The notes under the pieces: generated by a model | Told to the model about the DNA's origin: nothing | What the model saw: the letters and a program-made list of their open reading frames with translations, nothing else | The model's database searches: none | Translations under genes and position numbers: made by a program | Shown: piece by piece, positions 36,201-45,364 of the stretch | Numbering within the stretch: the first letter of the stretch is position 1 | Layout: each line of letters starts with the position of its first letter | DNA from: Flavobacteriales bacterium | Lineage (GTDB): Bacteria > Bacteroidota > Bacteroidia > Flavobacteriales_D > Sanyastnellaceae | Direction of reading: 5' to 3' | Length of the DNA stretch: 64,000 bases | Assembly: GCA_049610385.1 (NCBI GenBank) | Contig: JBMYZL010000010.1 | Span: 16,874 to 80,873, forward strand

Positions 36201-36790
36201 CACCTGGTTTCAATCCCACGGGTTTGGACCAAGTCCGTTTTGATGTGACCTACCAAACCTATGGCGATTATGAAGATGGCCTTGCGCTTTGGGGCAAACC
36301 TTCTGGCGCCGATGATTGGACAACGCTTTGGTCAGCTGAAGGAAACAACTTGGCCGTTTCGGACTGCTACACTTGGTTTTGGTATGACACCGATGGAAGC
36401 CCTGCTTCAGAAACCCAAGTGGTTCCCTTGCCATTGGAATGGACGGAGGGGCAAGTGGCATGTTTGGAATTGGCATGGGTGAACATCGGAGATTATGGTA
36501 ACCACATTTGGCTTGACAACATTGAAGTGGGGCAGTCACAGGGGCTGCCTGCGTTCGATGAGCAATGGATGGTTTACCCCAATCCGAGTGGTGGAGAACG
36601 CATCACCGTGACTGCAAGGCCTGATGAGGTTGAATTGCTGGATGCCAAAGGACAGAGGGTGCGCATCTTTCAAAAGGAGAATATGGACGATGGTGGGTTG
36701 GAATTGAATGTCTCGGGCTTGCCCGGAGGCCTGTATTACCTGAGGGCAACTGGTTATCCTGTGCTCAAATATGTGAGGACGAATCCGTAA
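33281..36790 (+). CDS. Secreted BNR/Asp-box beta-propeller protein with PKD domain, choice-of-anchor-J-like domain and T9SS type-A C-terminal domain
   Basis: Signal peptide. Asp-boxes (KSTDHGAHW, RTTDGGDSW, RSEDGGETM, KSLDGGQTF, RSLNGGGNW, RSDDGGENW, SQNAGESW). PKD-like WSFPGGTPNTA...YDVTCTVTDSAGN. GFTEGFDGTQFPPENW. The tail is MVYPNPSGGERITV...GLYYLRA. Confidence 0.75.
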   Translation: MIRLSFSLLLIGAFVLPIWSQTVPQTPYGFATSDPDWVRLMYEAVANGDKSETTLEAVREAYAHFHSNHPFEKTRHTQFYKRWVRQSDLKGHRRDVLGGVANRLSGAWSELGPWHYDPEVAMDFQVQSPGACHVYTVDQAASNHEVVWAGTATAGAWKSTDHGAHWNLMTRELPFGSVYAIAIHPEDPDRVWIGEGDGQLWRTTDGGDSWSVCGGSAFGSVDRWYRDLKIWPDSLGGHFLLAATNYGMWRSEDGGETMDYIGAGEFMELEAHPENAEVIYTVELVGNNTAFRKSLDGGQTFLTASESGGLGWPTTPTSEHEQRRCEISVTPANPSKIMVLASGSTPEGSGLYGIYVSDDEGATFSQTCCGDGPGGPWDAENNPNILGWSGDGTGDGGQFYYDLALGLSPTDSERAFAAGISVWRSLNGGGNWSLNGHWVTWSGEFTADRYTHADVHDIKFFERLDGTVDMWVASDGGLHHSGDQGDHMEPRMYGIQGTDFWGWQAGWRSPDVMVGGTYHNGTLIRNGDIYHWGAESDTAGGWLAELAGDNFRGFVNPADATRGYHDGGAFEFSDDRWTRIQGLAFDGDKKPNTSYFIGEYGNLEWDPRCSNCMYSPVGNSLWYSSNGGVSWIELHNFGGDKIISVKVSPRHPERIYVSHKNTGSNWRIHRSDDGGENWTNVSMNVAENGGNSNRPIYLEVDGDNPDRVWAILTGSQNGHKVFESQNAGESWQDLTTPTLEDQRVISIAHQRGTSGGLYLGTLGQVYFRDDVSMDWAIVGTSGLPVRTTHLFLQPNYCDGTLRSAGNRGVHEVDFVQPSAVRSGFMADRLEVNLASPCETPPVRFSEVAVAGCGDLTVEWSFPGGTPNTAAGPEVLVQYDTPGSYDVTCTVTDSAGNPDTWTWADMIQVVDDPVLPSGGFTEGFDGTQFPPENWRMETPGHPWEQAWDLWDAENGVAQFPNYWVDTEGAMDLLITPGFNPTGLDQVRFDVTYQTYGDYEDGLALWGKPSGADDWTTLWSAEGNNLAVSDCYTWFWYDTDGSPASETQVVPLPLEWTEGQVACLELAWVNIGDYGNHIWLDNIEVGQSQGLPAFDEQWMVYPNPSGGERITVTARPDEVELLDAKGQRVRIFQKENMDDGGLELNVSGLPGGLYYLRATGYPVLKYVRTNP

Positions 36791-36802
36791 CAAGGGAATG
36801 CG

Positions 36803-36810
36803 TACCTTTG
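36803..36810 (+). promoter_or_regulatory. Exact -7 promoter box (TACCTTTG) upstream of the cold-shock gene
   Basis: It matches TAnnTTTG and lies 34 nt upstream of the TTG start at 36845, in a 54-bp intergenic region. No clear -33 element. Confidence 0.3.
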
Positions 36811-36844
36811 TGCCTCAAATTCATTCATCTAATCACACGATATT

Positions 36845-37294
36845 TTGGGTCGATCAAATCAAACATTCAGCAAGCGGGAACGAGAACTGAAAAGAGAGAA
36901 AAAGCGCAAGGAGAAGGAGGCCAAGAAATTGGCTCGGGCGGAAAACAAGACCACGCTGGACTCAGATGACATGATTGCCTACGTGGATGAATTTGGACAA
37001 ATCACGGATACGCCACCTGACCCGACCCAGCGAGAAGAGGTCAGTTTGGAGGACATCGAAATCAGTGTGCCGAAGAAGGAAGAATCAGACGATGATGGAT
37101 TGCATGAAGGAATTGTCAGTTTCTTCAATGAAGAGAAAGGCTTTGGTTTCATTCGGGATTTGCAGACCCAGGAGCGGATTTTCGTTCATGTGAGCAATCT
37201 CGTGGATGAAATTACGGACAACCAGCGGGTGACGTTTGAGATTGAGATGACAGACCGTGGTCCAGGGGCCATGAAGGTCACCCGTGTGAAGTGA
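36845..37294 (+). CDS. Cold-shock-domain protein with a Lys/Glu-rich N-terminal extension
   Basis: The C-terminal HEGIVSFFNEEKGFGFIRD...IFVHVS..V contains the RNP1-like KGFGFI motif of CSD proteins. The N-terminal MGRSNQTFSKRERELKREKKRKEKEAKK extension requires the TTG at 36845; the first in-frame ATG is at codon 43. Confidence 0.8.
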   Translation: MGRSNQTFSKRERELKREKKRKEKEAKKLARAENKTTLDSDDMIAYVDEFGQITDTPPDPTQREEVSLEDIEISVPKKEESDDDGLHEGIVSFFNEEKGFGFIRDLQTQERIFVHVSNLVDEITDNQRVTFEIEMTDRGPGAMKVTRVK

Positions 37295-37338
37295 TTCCCT
37301 TTTGTGGGGTAACGTTGGAAGCCATTCACGGGTTGAGG

Positions 37339-37346
37339 TAAATTTG
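37339..37346 (+). promoter_or_regulatory. Exact -7 promoter box (TAAATTTG) abutting the start of the FAD oxidoreductase gene
   Basis: It matches TAnnTTTG. Its last G is the first base of the GTG at 37346, and the next in-frame GTG (37352) is 5 nt downstream, which implies a leaderless or near-leaderless transcript. Confidence 0.3.
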
Positions 37347-38620
37347 TGTTTGTGAAACGTCCTTTGGTGATCGGTGGAGGGATTGCTGGCCTGGTGGCTT
37401 GCATCGAGCTGGAACGACTGGGGCATGCTCCCATTTTGATTGAGAAGGAATCGGAATTGGGCGGGCGGTTGAAAACAGATTGGGTGGATGGGGTGCCCAT
37501 TGATCGTGGATTTCAAATTTTGCTGACGGCATACCCCGAGGTCAAACGATTGTTGGATGTGGATGCCTTGGACCCCATTTGGCTGGACAGCGCGGCGCGG
37601 GTTTTTCGCGCTTCAGGAGGCGCCCCTGTTTTGGTCGGGGACCCACGAAGGTGTTTTTCGGATTTGATGGCAACTTGGTCCAGTGGTCTGGTTTCAGGTA
37701 AGGACGCCTGGAACATGTGGCGCCATTTGCAGGGCATGAGAACCCCGAAGCGCGTCCGAAACTTGTTCGCGGAGAAAACCACCCAGCGCACGACAGCTGA
37801 AATGCTTGAAAGCAAGGGCTATTCAGTTGAGCTCGTGGATGAATTTTTTCGGCCCTTTTTTGGAGGCATCTTTTTGGACAGGAGCCTGACGGTGCCCGAG
37901 AGCATGTTCAATTTTGTTTTGAGCATGTTTGCGACAGGCCGGGCCATTTTGCCACGTCAAGGCATGGCTGCAGTCGTCAATCAGCTCCAGTCGAAACTTC
38001 AACGGACAGATATTCGATTGGGTGCTCAGGTCGGTTGGGTAGATGAGGATGGTCGGTGTGTCCGACTGGCAGCGGGCGAATCCTTTATGGGGGATGGGGT
38101 CATTCTGGCCACGCCAGGTTGGACCCGTTCCATCAAGGGTGAATGGATGAAGGATGACGCATTGGATTGGAACAGGACCGTGCGTTACGTTTGGTCATTG
38201 TCTGCCGATGTCAAAACCTTCAATCGCCCGCTGATCGGTTTGACCCCAGGATCTAAGCGCATCACCAACATGCACTTTTTCCGTGATTTGAATTCGAAAT
38301 GGCCTGACTGGGTGTCGGTTACAGCCGTGTCTGGAATGCACGACATTGTGGACATTGCGGATGATCACGAAATGCGCCAAGAATTCAAGTTGGGCACAGG
38401 AATTGTCGTCCGAGAAACCATTGCGATGCAGGACATTCCGATGGCCTTGCCACAGCTTCGGCATCCAGTCTATGAGCCAGCATTGGAATCCACATGGCTC
38501 TCCAACGGTGTCTTGAAAGCAGGTGATGATCGGTCGAATCCATCTTTTAACGGCGCTGCGAGATCGGGGGCCCAGGCTGCCATTGCCTTGCACAACAATT
38601 TGAATGCTCATGCGATGTAA
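37346..38620 (+). CDS. NAD(P)/FAD-dependent oxidoreductase (amine-oxidase / phytoene-desaturase-like)
   Basis: The N-terminal dinucleotide fold PLVIGGGIAGLVACIELERLGHAPILIEKESELGGRL (GxGxxG ... E ... GGR). About 420 aa. The true start may be the GTG at 37352. Confidence 0.75.
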   Translation: MFVKRPLVIGGGIAGLVACIELERLGHAPILIEKESELGGRLKTDWVDGVPIDRGFQILLTAYPEVKRLLDVDALDPIWLDSAARVFRASGGAPVLVGDPRRCFSDLMATWSSGLVSGKDAWNMWRHLQGMRTPKRVRNLFAEKTTQRTTAEMLESKGYSVELVDEFFRPFFGGIFLDRSLTVPESMFNFVLSMFATGRAILPRQGMAAVVNQLQSKLQRTDIRLGAQVGWVDEDGRCVRLAAGESFMGDGVILATPGWTRSIKGEWMKDDALDWNRTVRYVWSLSADVKTFNRPLIGLTPGSKRITNMHFFRDLNSKWPDWVSVTAVSGMHDIVDIADDHEMRQEFKLGTGIVVRETIAMQDIPMALPQLRHPVYEPALESTWLSNGVLKAGDDRSNPSFNGAARSGAQAAIALHNNLNAHAM

Positions 38621-39377
38621 TCTGATGATGGGTGCGCTTTTGCTGGCTGGATGCTGCTGGAGCTTGGCGGGCTGCCAGCGAGAGGATGTTGAAGCGCCCG
38701 AACTGACCCTTGTGGTCAATGGCACGGTTGCCCCTGAAATGGCCACCGCAGATGCTGGGAAAAGTCTTTGGGTCACCATGGAGTTGTCGGACGACCAAGG
38801 CTTGGCCCGAGTTGAATTGGATTTACATAGTGCGGTTGGGCATGGTCATGAGGGCATGGCTCCTGATTCTCTGGTGTTGCACAGCGGAGCTGCAGATTGG
38901 GAGGTAATCGATGTGGATTTCTTGGATGGCCCAAGTGCCTTGGTGAACAAGCAGTTCGATATTCCCAGCCACATCCGAGGGGTCTGGGATTTGTGGGTGA
39001 ACGCATCGGATGCTTCGGGTCAATCCACGACGGGTGTGGGCCTCCAAATTCGGATAGAGAACGACAGCATTCCTTTGTTTGAACTGGACTGGAATGAGGT
39101 GCCTACTTGGGAGGCTGGTTTGGATCACGTTGTTCCCGGACAAGTCGCTGACGGGGATGGACTTGTCCAAGTTATGCTTCGCCTCATGGGGCCGTCGGGT
39201 GAATTGCTGCAAGAAACCTCCGTGCCATTGGATGCTGGCGATACACTTGCGACTCTATCTGATGTCACGTTATCCGTCCCGTTCTCAATGGAGGGAACAC
39301 TTTGCCAACTGGAAATGTATGCCCAAGATGAACACGGGCATAGTTGCACCACCCAAGTGGAACTCCCAGTGAATTAA
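38604..39377 (+). CDS. DUF4625-like tandem-domain lipoprotein (paralogue of 1535-2344)
   Basis: Lipobox (LAGC). It shares domain order and motifs with the 1535 product (His-rich loop HSAVGHGHEGMAP, IRGVWDLWVNASD, IRIENDSIPLF, MYAQDEHGH vs MHATDVSGH). It overlaps the upstream oxidoreductase gene by 17 nt. Confidence 0.6.
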   Translation: MLMRCNLMMGALLLAGCCWSLAGCQREDVEAPELTLVVNGTVAPEMATADAGKSLWVTMELSDDQGLARVELDLHSAVGHGHEGMAPDSLVLHSGAADWEVIDVDFLDGPSALVNKQFDIPSHIRGVWDLWVNASDASGQSTTGVGLQIRIENDSIPLFELDWNEVPTWEAGLDHVVPGQVADGDGLVQVMLRLMGPSGELLQETSVPLDAGDTLATLSDVTLSVPFSMEGTLCQLEMYAQDEHGHSCTTQVELPVN

Positions 39378-39393
39378 CTGACGGCCCGAGGCC

Positions 39394-41628
<2,235 letters not shown>

Positions 41629-41648
41629 CTATCTATTTGACCTTTTAT

Positions 41649-42794
41649 TCAATGAACTGGAGTGCCGGTGATGTGCGCTGCGACATTGAAGAAATTTTCT
41701 TCTCCTTCTCGATAGGGTTGCGCTGTAGGGATGTGAATGGTGAGTTCGTGCCACCCTGAATCCAATTGCCCGATGTCGAATTGGCGTGGTGGTACATCAC
41801 TGCCTGGGCACCACCCAGATCGAGAATAATCACTGCTGGCAATTCGTTCTTGAATGCTATCACCGCGCCAAAAAGTCTTTTCAGTCCAAACTCCGGAACT
41901 CGGGTTGAATCGACGGAAGGATGCGCAATCTGTGCGCCAAGGTGTGAATCGACCCACTTCGATGGTATCCAACTTGATCATGTGCTCGCACGGGGTGAAT
42001 TCATCTCCAGTATGATGCCCCCCATGGCCCGTGGTCGTGAGAAAAAGACGAGTTTCCTCGAGGGCTTCATTCAAGTGGAATCGGGTGTGCACAGGACCAG
42101 CAGCAAACCCAGTATACGTTTCTTGGTTTTCAAAAAGTTTGGTTGTGTTGAGCAAGGGGATTGCCACATCTGCTTTTTTCGGATGCACTTCGGCTGTTGT
42201 CGGAAGCCAGTCCAATTGAACACAACAAGTGTGCCCTGCATCGCTCCATGTGTCGATGAAAATACCCAAATGGAAGGTCCCTTCCAGTTGAGGCAAAATG
42301 GCCGTAATATCTGAAGTCCAACGCACCGAATCCGCCCAATTTGGAATGTACACGGGGCGATATTCATCGAGCCTTTCTTCGTGTGAGAAATGTCCAACAC
42401 CAAAGGGCGTGATGAATCGAAGCAGTTCCAGGGCCGGTACATCTGGGGCGTCACCACGCGCCAATGATGCCCGGACTTCAGGCGCATCGGGCCAAACAGC
42501 GACCAATCCCGATTTGTCCCACGGATCACCGGCGGATCGCAAGGTCATTTGTATTTGGCAGGTCGGCTGTTGGTCATAAATCGGGCCTTCGAAGGATTTG
42601 ACACAAAGTCTGCCATTGTCCAAGCGTCTCCAACCGTCGTCATTGAAAAGAGAATCGCGGTTGGCATCCGGCTGAAAGGCCACCACCAATTCATCGGCCA
42701 CTTGCAAAGTGTGAGCTTGTTCATTTTTTACTTGGTGGTGACAACCGAAGCTCAGAATGGCCAGGACAGGGACAAGGACATTGAAGGGATGCAT
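41649..42794 (-). CDS. PNGase F-like protein (peptide-N4-(N-acetyl-beta-glucosaminyl)asparagine amidase F family) lipoprotein
   Basis: From the ATG at 42794 there is a signal peptide plus Cys (VLAILSFGC). Collinear matches to recalled Elizabethkingia PNGase F motifs: DPWDKSGLVAV (DEWDRYANVYV), LRFITPF (GRFITPY), FIDTWSDAGH...LDW (YTETWLAKG...DFD), TTTGHGGH (TISGWGH) and SRSGWCPG (DRAGWCPG). Confidence 0.6.
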   Translation of the reverse strand: MHPFNVLVPVLAILSFGCHHQVKNEQAHTLQVADELVVAFQPDANRDSLFNDDGWRRLDNGRLCVKSFEGPIYDQQPTCQIQMTLRSAGDPWDKSGLVAVWPDAPEVRASLARGDAPDVPALELLRFITPFGVGHFSHEERLDEYRPVYIPNWADSVRWTSDITAILPQLEGTFHLGIFIDTWSDAGHTCCVQLDWLPTTAEVHPKKADVAIPLLNTTKLFENQETYTGFAAGPVHTRFHLNEALEETRLFLTTTGHGGHHTGDEFTPCEHMIKLDTIEVGRFTPWRTDCASFRRFNPSSGVWTEKTFWRGDSIQERIASSDYSRSGWCPGSDVPPRQFDIGQLDSGWHELTIHIPTAQPYREGEENFFNVAAHITGTPVH

Positions 42795-42855
42795 CAGTGG
42801 CTCTATCGCTTTGTTGATGCCGAAAATTAGCGGACATTTGATATATCTTGCGCAC

Positions 42856-44136
42856 ATGAGAAAAATCTTGTTCCCAATTCGGGACGCTTTCTTGACGGCC
42901 CTTCTAGGTCTCGGGTTCTCGGAAGGTCAAGCGCAAAATGGATGCAATGGTGAACGTTACCGTTACACTTCGGCATTCCCTGAAATCGAAGTGTCATACG
43001 ACCATGTGTACGGTGGAAACATCAACGCACTGGGTTTGCAACAGGATTTGGTTTTCGATTTGTACACACCAGCAGACGACATCGCCGTAGATCGAGCTCT
43101 GGTTGTGGTGGCCCACGGAGGCTTTTTCTTGGCTGGCTCGAATGATGGTGCAGATGTGGTTTCAATCTGCGAAGATTTGGCCCACATGGGTTATGTCGTT
43201 GCCTCCATTTCTTATCGATTGGGTGTGGATGATTTGTTGGGCCTTCAGACCTCGATGATTGAGGCGGTTTGGCGGGGGGTTCACGATGCGCGAGCGGCTG
43301 TGCGATTTTTTCGGAAGTCTGTGGTTGAGGCGGACAATCCATACGGTATTGATCCCGAACGGATTTTAATGGGCGGGGTGTCTGCCGGTGGTTTCATTGC
43401 CTTGCATCATGCTTATGTCAACCAAGAAGATGAAATTCCAGACCAAATTGACCAGACCGCACCAGGCATGGGCGGTGGATTGGAAGGGGAGTCTGGAAAT
43501 CTGGGTTATGATTCTGATGTGATGGGCATCTTCAATATCGCAGGGGCCCTTCACACTGTGGACTGGATGGCTTCAGGAGATGTCCCGCTGGTGTCCGTGC
43601 ATGGCGATGCGGATCAAACCGTTCCCTATGGGACGGATATGCTTACCCTTACATTCATTCCGATCATTGAGGTGGATGGCTCGGCCACCATCCATTCAGC
43701 GGCAGAGAATTTGGGCATCGAAAACTGTCTGGTGACCCTGCCAGGTTTGGACCATGTGGCACATGTCGGCAATGCAATGGCTTATCAGCAAACTTTCTCG
43801 GCCATTGCAGGAGCGATGTCAGGATGGCTTTGCGCAGATTGGGAAATGACTTGTGAAACTTATGATTATACCAGCTCAATCCTTGAGTTTTCTTCCCTGT
43901 TGGATTGGCACTTGTACCCCAATCCGCTTCGGAGAGGGGAACTTTTGAAATGGGAGGGGGTGACTGGGGTTAATCGCATTCAATTGATGGATGCCACGGG
44001 ACGGACATTGTTCAATCGACCAACCCATGGGATGCAGTCTATCGTTTTGGATGTTCCCCCCGGAGTCTATTGGATGATGGCCCTGGACAGTCAAGGGCGC
44101 GCTTTGGGGCGTTCTGCACAAATCATGATTCAGTGA
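42856..44136 (+). CDS. Secreted alpha/beta-hydrolase (carboxylesterase/lipase type) with T9SS type-A C-terminal domain
   Basis: The ATG at 42856 gives a signal peptide (FLTALLGLGFSEGQAQ). The oxyanion HGGFFLAGS, the nucleophile elbow GGVSAGG and VHGDADQTV. The tail is HLYPNPLRRGELLKW...GVYWMMA...IMIQ. Confidence 0.7.
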   Translation: MRKILFPIRDAFLTALLGLGFSEGQAQNGCNGERYRYTSAFPEIEVSYDHVYGGNINALGLQQDLVFDLYTPADDIAVDRALVVVAHGGFFLAGSNDGADVVSICEDLAHMGYVVASISYRLGVDDLLGLQTSMIEAVWRGVHDARAAVRFFRKSVVEADNPYGIDPERILMGGVSAGGFIALHHAYVNQEDEIPDQIDQTAPGMGGGLEGESGNLGYDSDVMGIFNIAGALHTVDWMASGDVPLVSVHGDADQTVPYGTDMLTLTFIPIIEVDGSATIHSAAENLGIENCLVTLPGLDHVAHVGNAMAYQQTFSAIAGAMSGWLCADWEMTCETYDYTSSILEFSSLLDWHLYPNPLRRGELLKWEGVTGVNRIQLMDATGRTLFNRPTHGMQSIVLDVPPGVYWMMALDSQGRALGRSAQIMIQ

Positions 44137-45322
44137 AACCCTGATTACCTGGCAAGTGGAATGGGCAATTCTGAGGCGATGGCTTGAAATAACTTTGATG
44201 CAAATCTCCTGGGCCGGGTTGGTAGAAAAAATTGGTGTGCGTTTCGACGTGGTTGTCAAATTCCCTGTGAAATTGGGGAGTTTGGGGTGAAGACATGGGT
44301 GGATTGAGCCAAGACCAATCTCCCGTGACCGCCTTTCCCTTGTCCTGTTCGGCTTCACAAAATTTTTCGAATGCCCGCCCCAAGCCATGGTGGTCCCCCA
44401 AAGTCACTCCAGCGGCGTCGAAACTGTATAGGACAGCACGGTTGAGTTCGACCAAAGCCCGATCTCGCCACAGCGTTCGGTCGTTTCGTGTATCAAGGCC
44501 AATGATTTTTGCCATTCTTGGCAACAGATTGTATCGATTTTGATCCGCCAGATTTCTGGCGCCGATTTCAGTGCCCATGTAATATCCATTGAATGGGGCG
44601 CAAGGATAGACGATGCCTCCAATCTTCAGGGCGAGCTCAGACAGCAGAGGCAGGGCATACCATTTCCATTGTTCTTTTTGGACGTCGGGGTATTCGGGGT
44701 GTGCAATGGGTACTTCGTGCAAAAGTTCGGGGTGCTTCTGAAACACATCGAATGGAACCCCGGTTTCCCCGCGCCAGTGAATTTCCCATGGCAAAGGGGT
44801 GAAGGCGTCGCGGTTCTGGGGGTGCCAACCTCGTTGAATCACCCGATTTGTGAAGGATATCGTGGCTGGATCTCCAAGTTGCTCATCCTTGAACCCAGCA
44901 TAGCGAATCAGCTGATGATTTGCGATGCGAACTTCGTCTGGATTCCCAAGGTTGCGGGCAGGAAATATCGTGATGAAGCTGCGAATTTTCCCCCCATTGA
45001 AAGCCATTTGAATGTGTGAAATCAGATGGTCATGAACTTCTTCCACACTGTTGACATCGCGGGCATCTCGCACTTGTAATGAACGCCATACATGCCTTCC
45101 AATGCAGCGGTTGCTGTTCCTCCAAGCCAACTGGGCTCCATACTGCAATTCCTCAAAGGTATGGGTGTAAGTTCCGGTCGCCTTGATTTCTTTATTGACA
45201 GCCCTCATCCGCTCCGTGAATTGATTCTCATCCCGCAACCCCACAGCATTTCTTTCGTCCTCTGCGCACGCGCGGAAGAACGATTGGGCTTCTCTCCACA
45301 ACGATTCACTCATGACAGACAA
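44123..45322 (-). CDS. nos: Bacterial nitric oxide synthase, oxygenase domain only
   Basis: The haem-thiolate motif AWRNSNRCIGR (Cys codon at 45104-45106), the substrate-binding APFNGYYMGTEIGARNLAD, LWRDRALVELNRAVL, and the C-terminal TGDWSWLNPPMSSPQTPQFHREFDN...NFFYQ are collinear with Bacillus/Staphylococcus bNOS. No N-terminal Zn/pterin hook and no reductase domain. Confidence 0.85.
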   Translation of the reverse strand: MSVMSESLWREAQSFFRACAEDERNAVGLRDENQFTERMRAVNKEIKATGTYTHTFEELQYGAQLAWRNSNRCIGRHVWRSLQVRDARDVNSVEEVHDHLISHIQMAFNGGKIRSFITIFPARNLGNPDEVRIANHQLIRYAGFKDEQLGDPATISFTNRVIQRGWHPQNRDAFTPLPWEIHWRGETGVPFDVFQKHPELLHEVPIAHPEYPDVQKEQWKWYALPLLSELALKIGGIVYPCAPFNGYYMGTEIGARNLADQNRYNLLPRMAKIIGLDTRNDRTLWRDRALVELNRAVLYSFDAAGVTLGDHHGLGRAFEKFCEAEQDKGKAVTGDWSWLNPPMSSPQTPQFHREFDNHVETHTNFFYQPGPGDLHQSYFKPSPQNCPFHLPGNQGFTES

Positions 45323-45364
45323 ACGATTGATTCATGTGTTTTGTTCAGAGGAATCCGGCGTCAG

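Noticed and set aside
39378-39393. GAGGCCTC / GGCC-CGA-GGCC palindromic sequence between the convergent lipoprotein and icd genes, considered as a bidirectional terminator
   Set aside because: The stem is only 4 bp with a 3-nt loop, or a loop-less palindrome. That is too weak to call a terminator.
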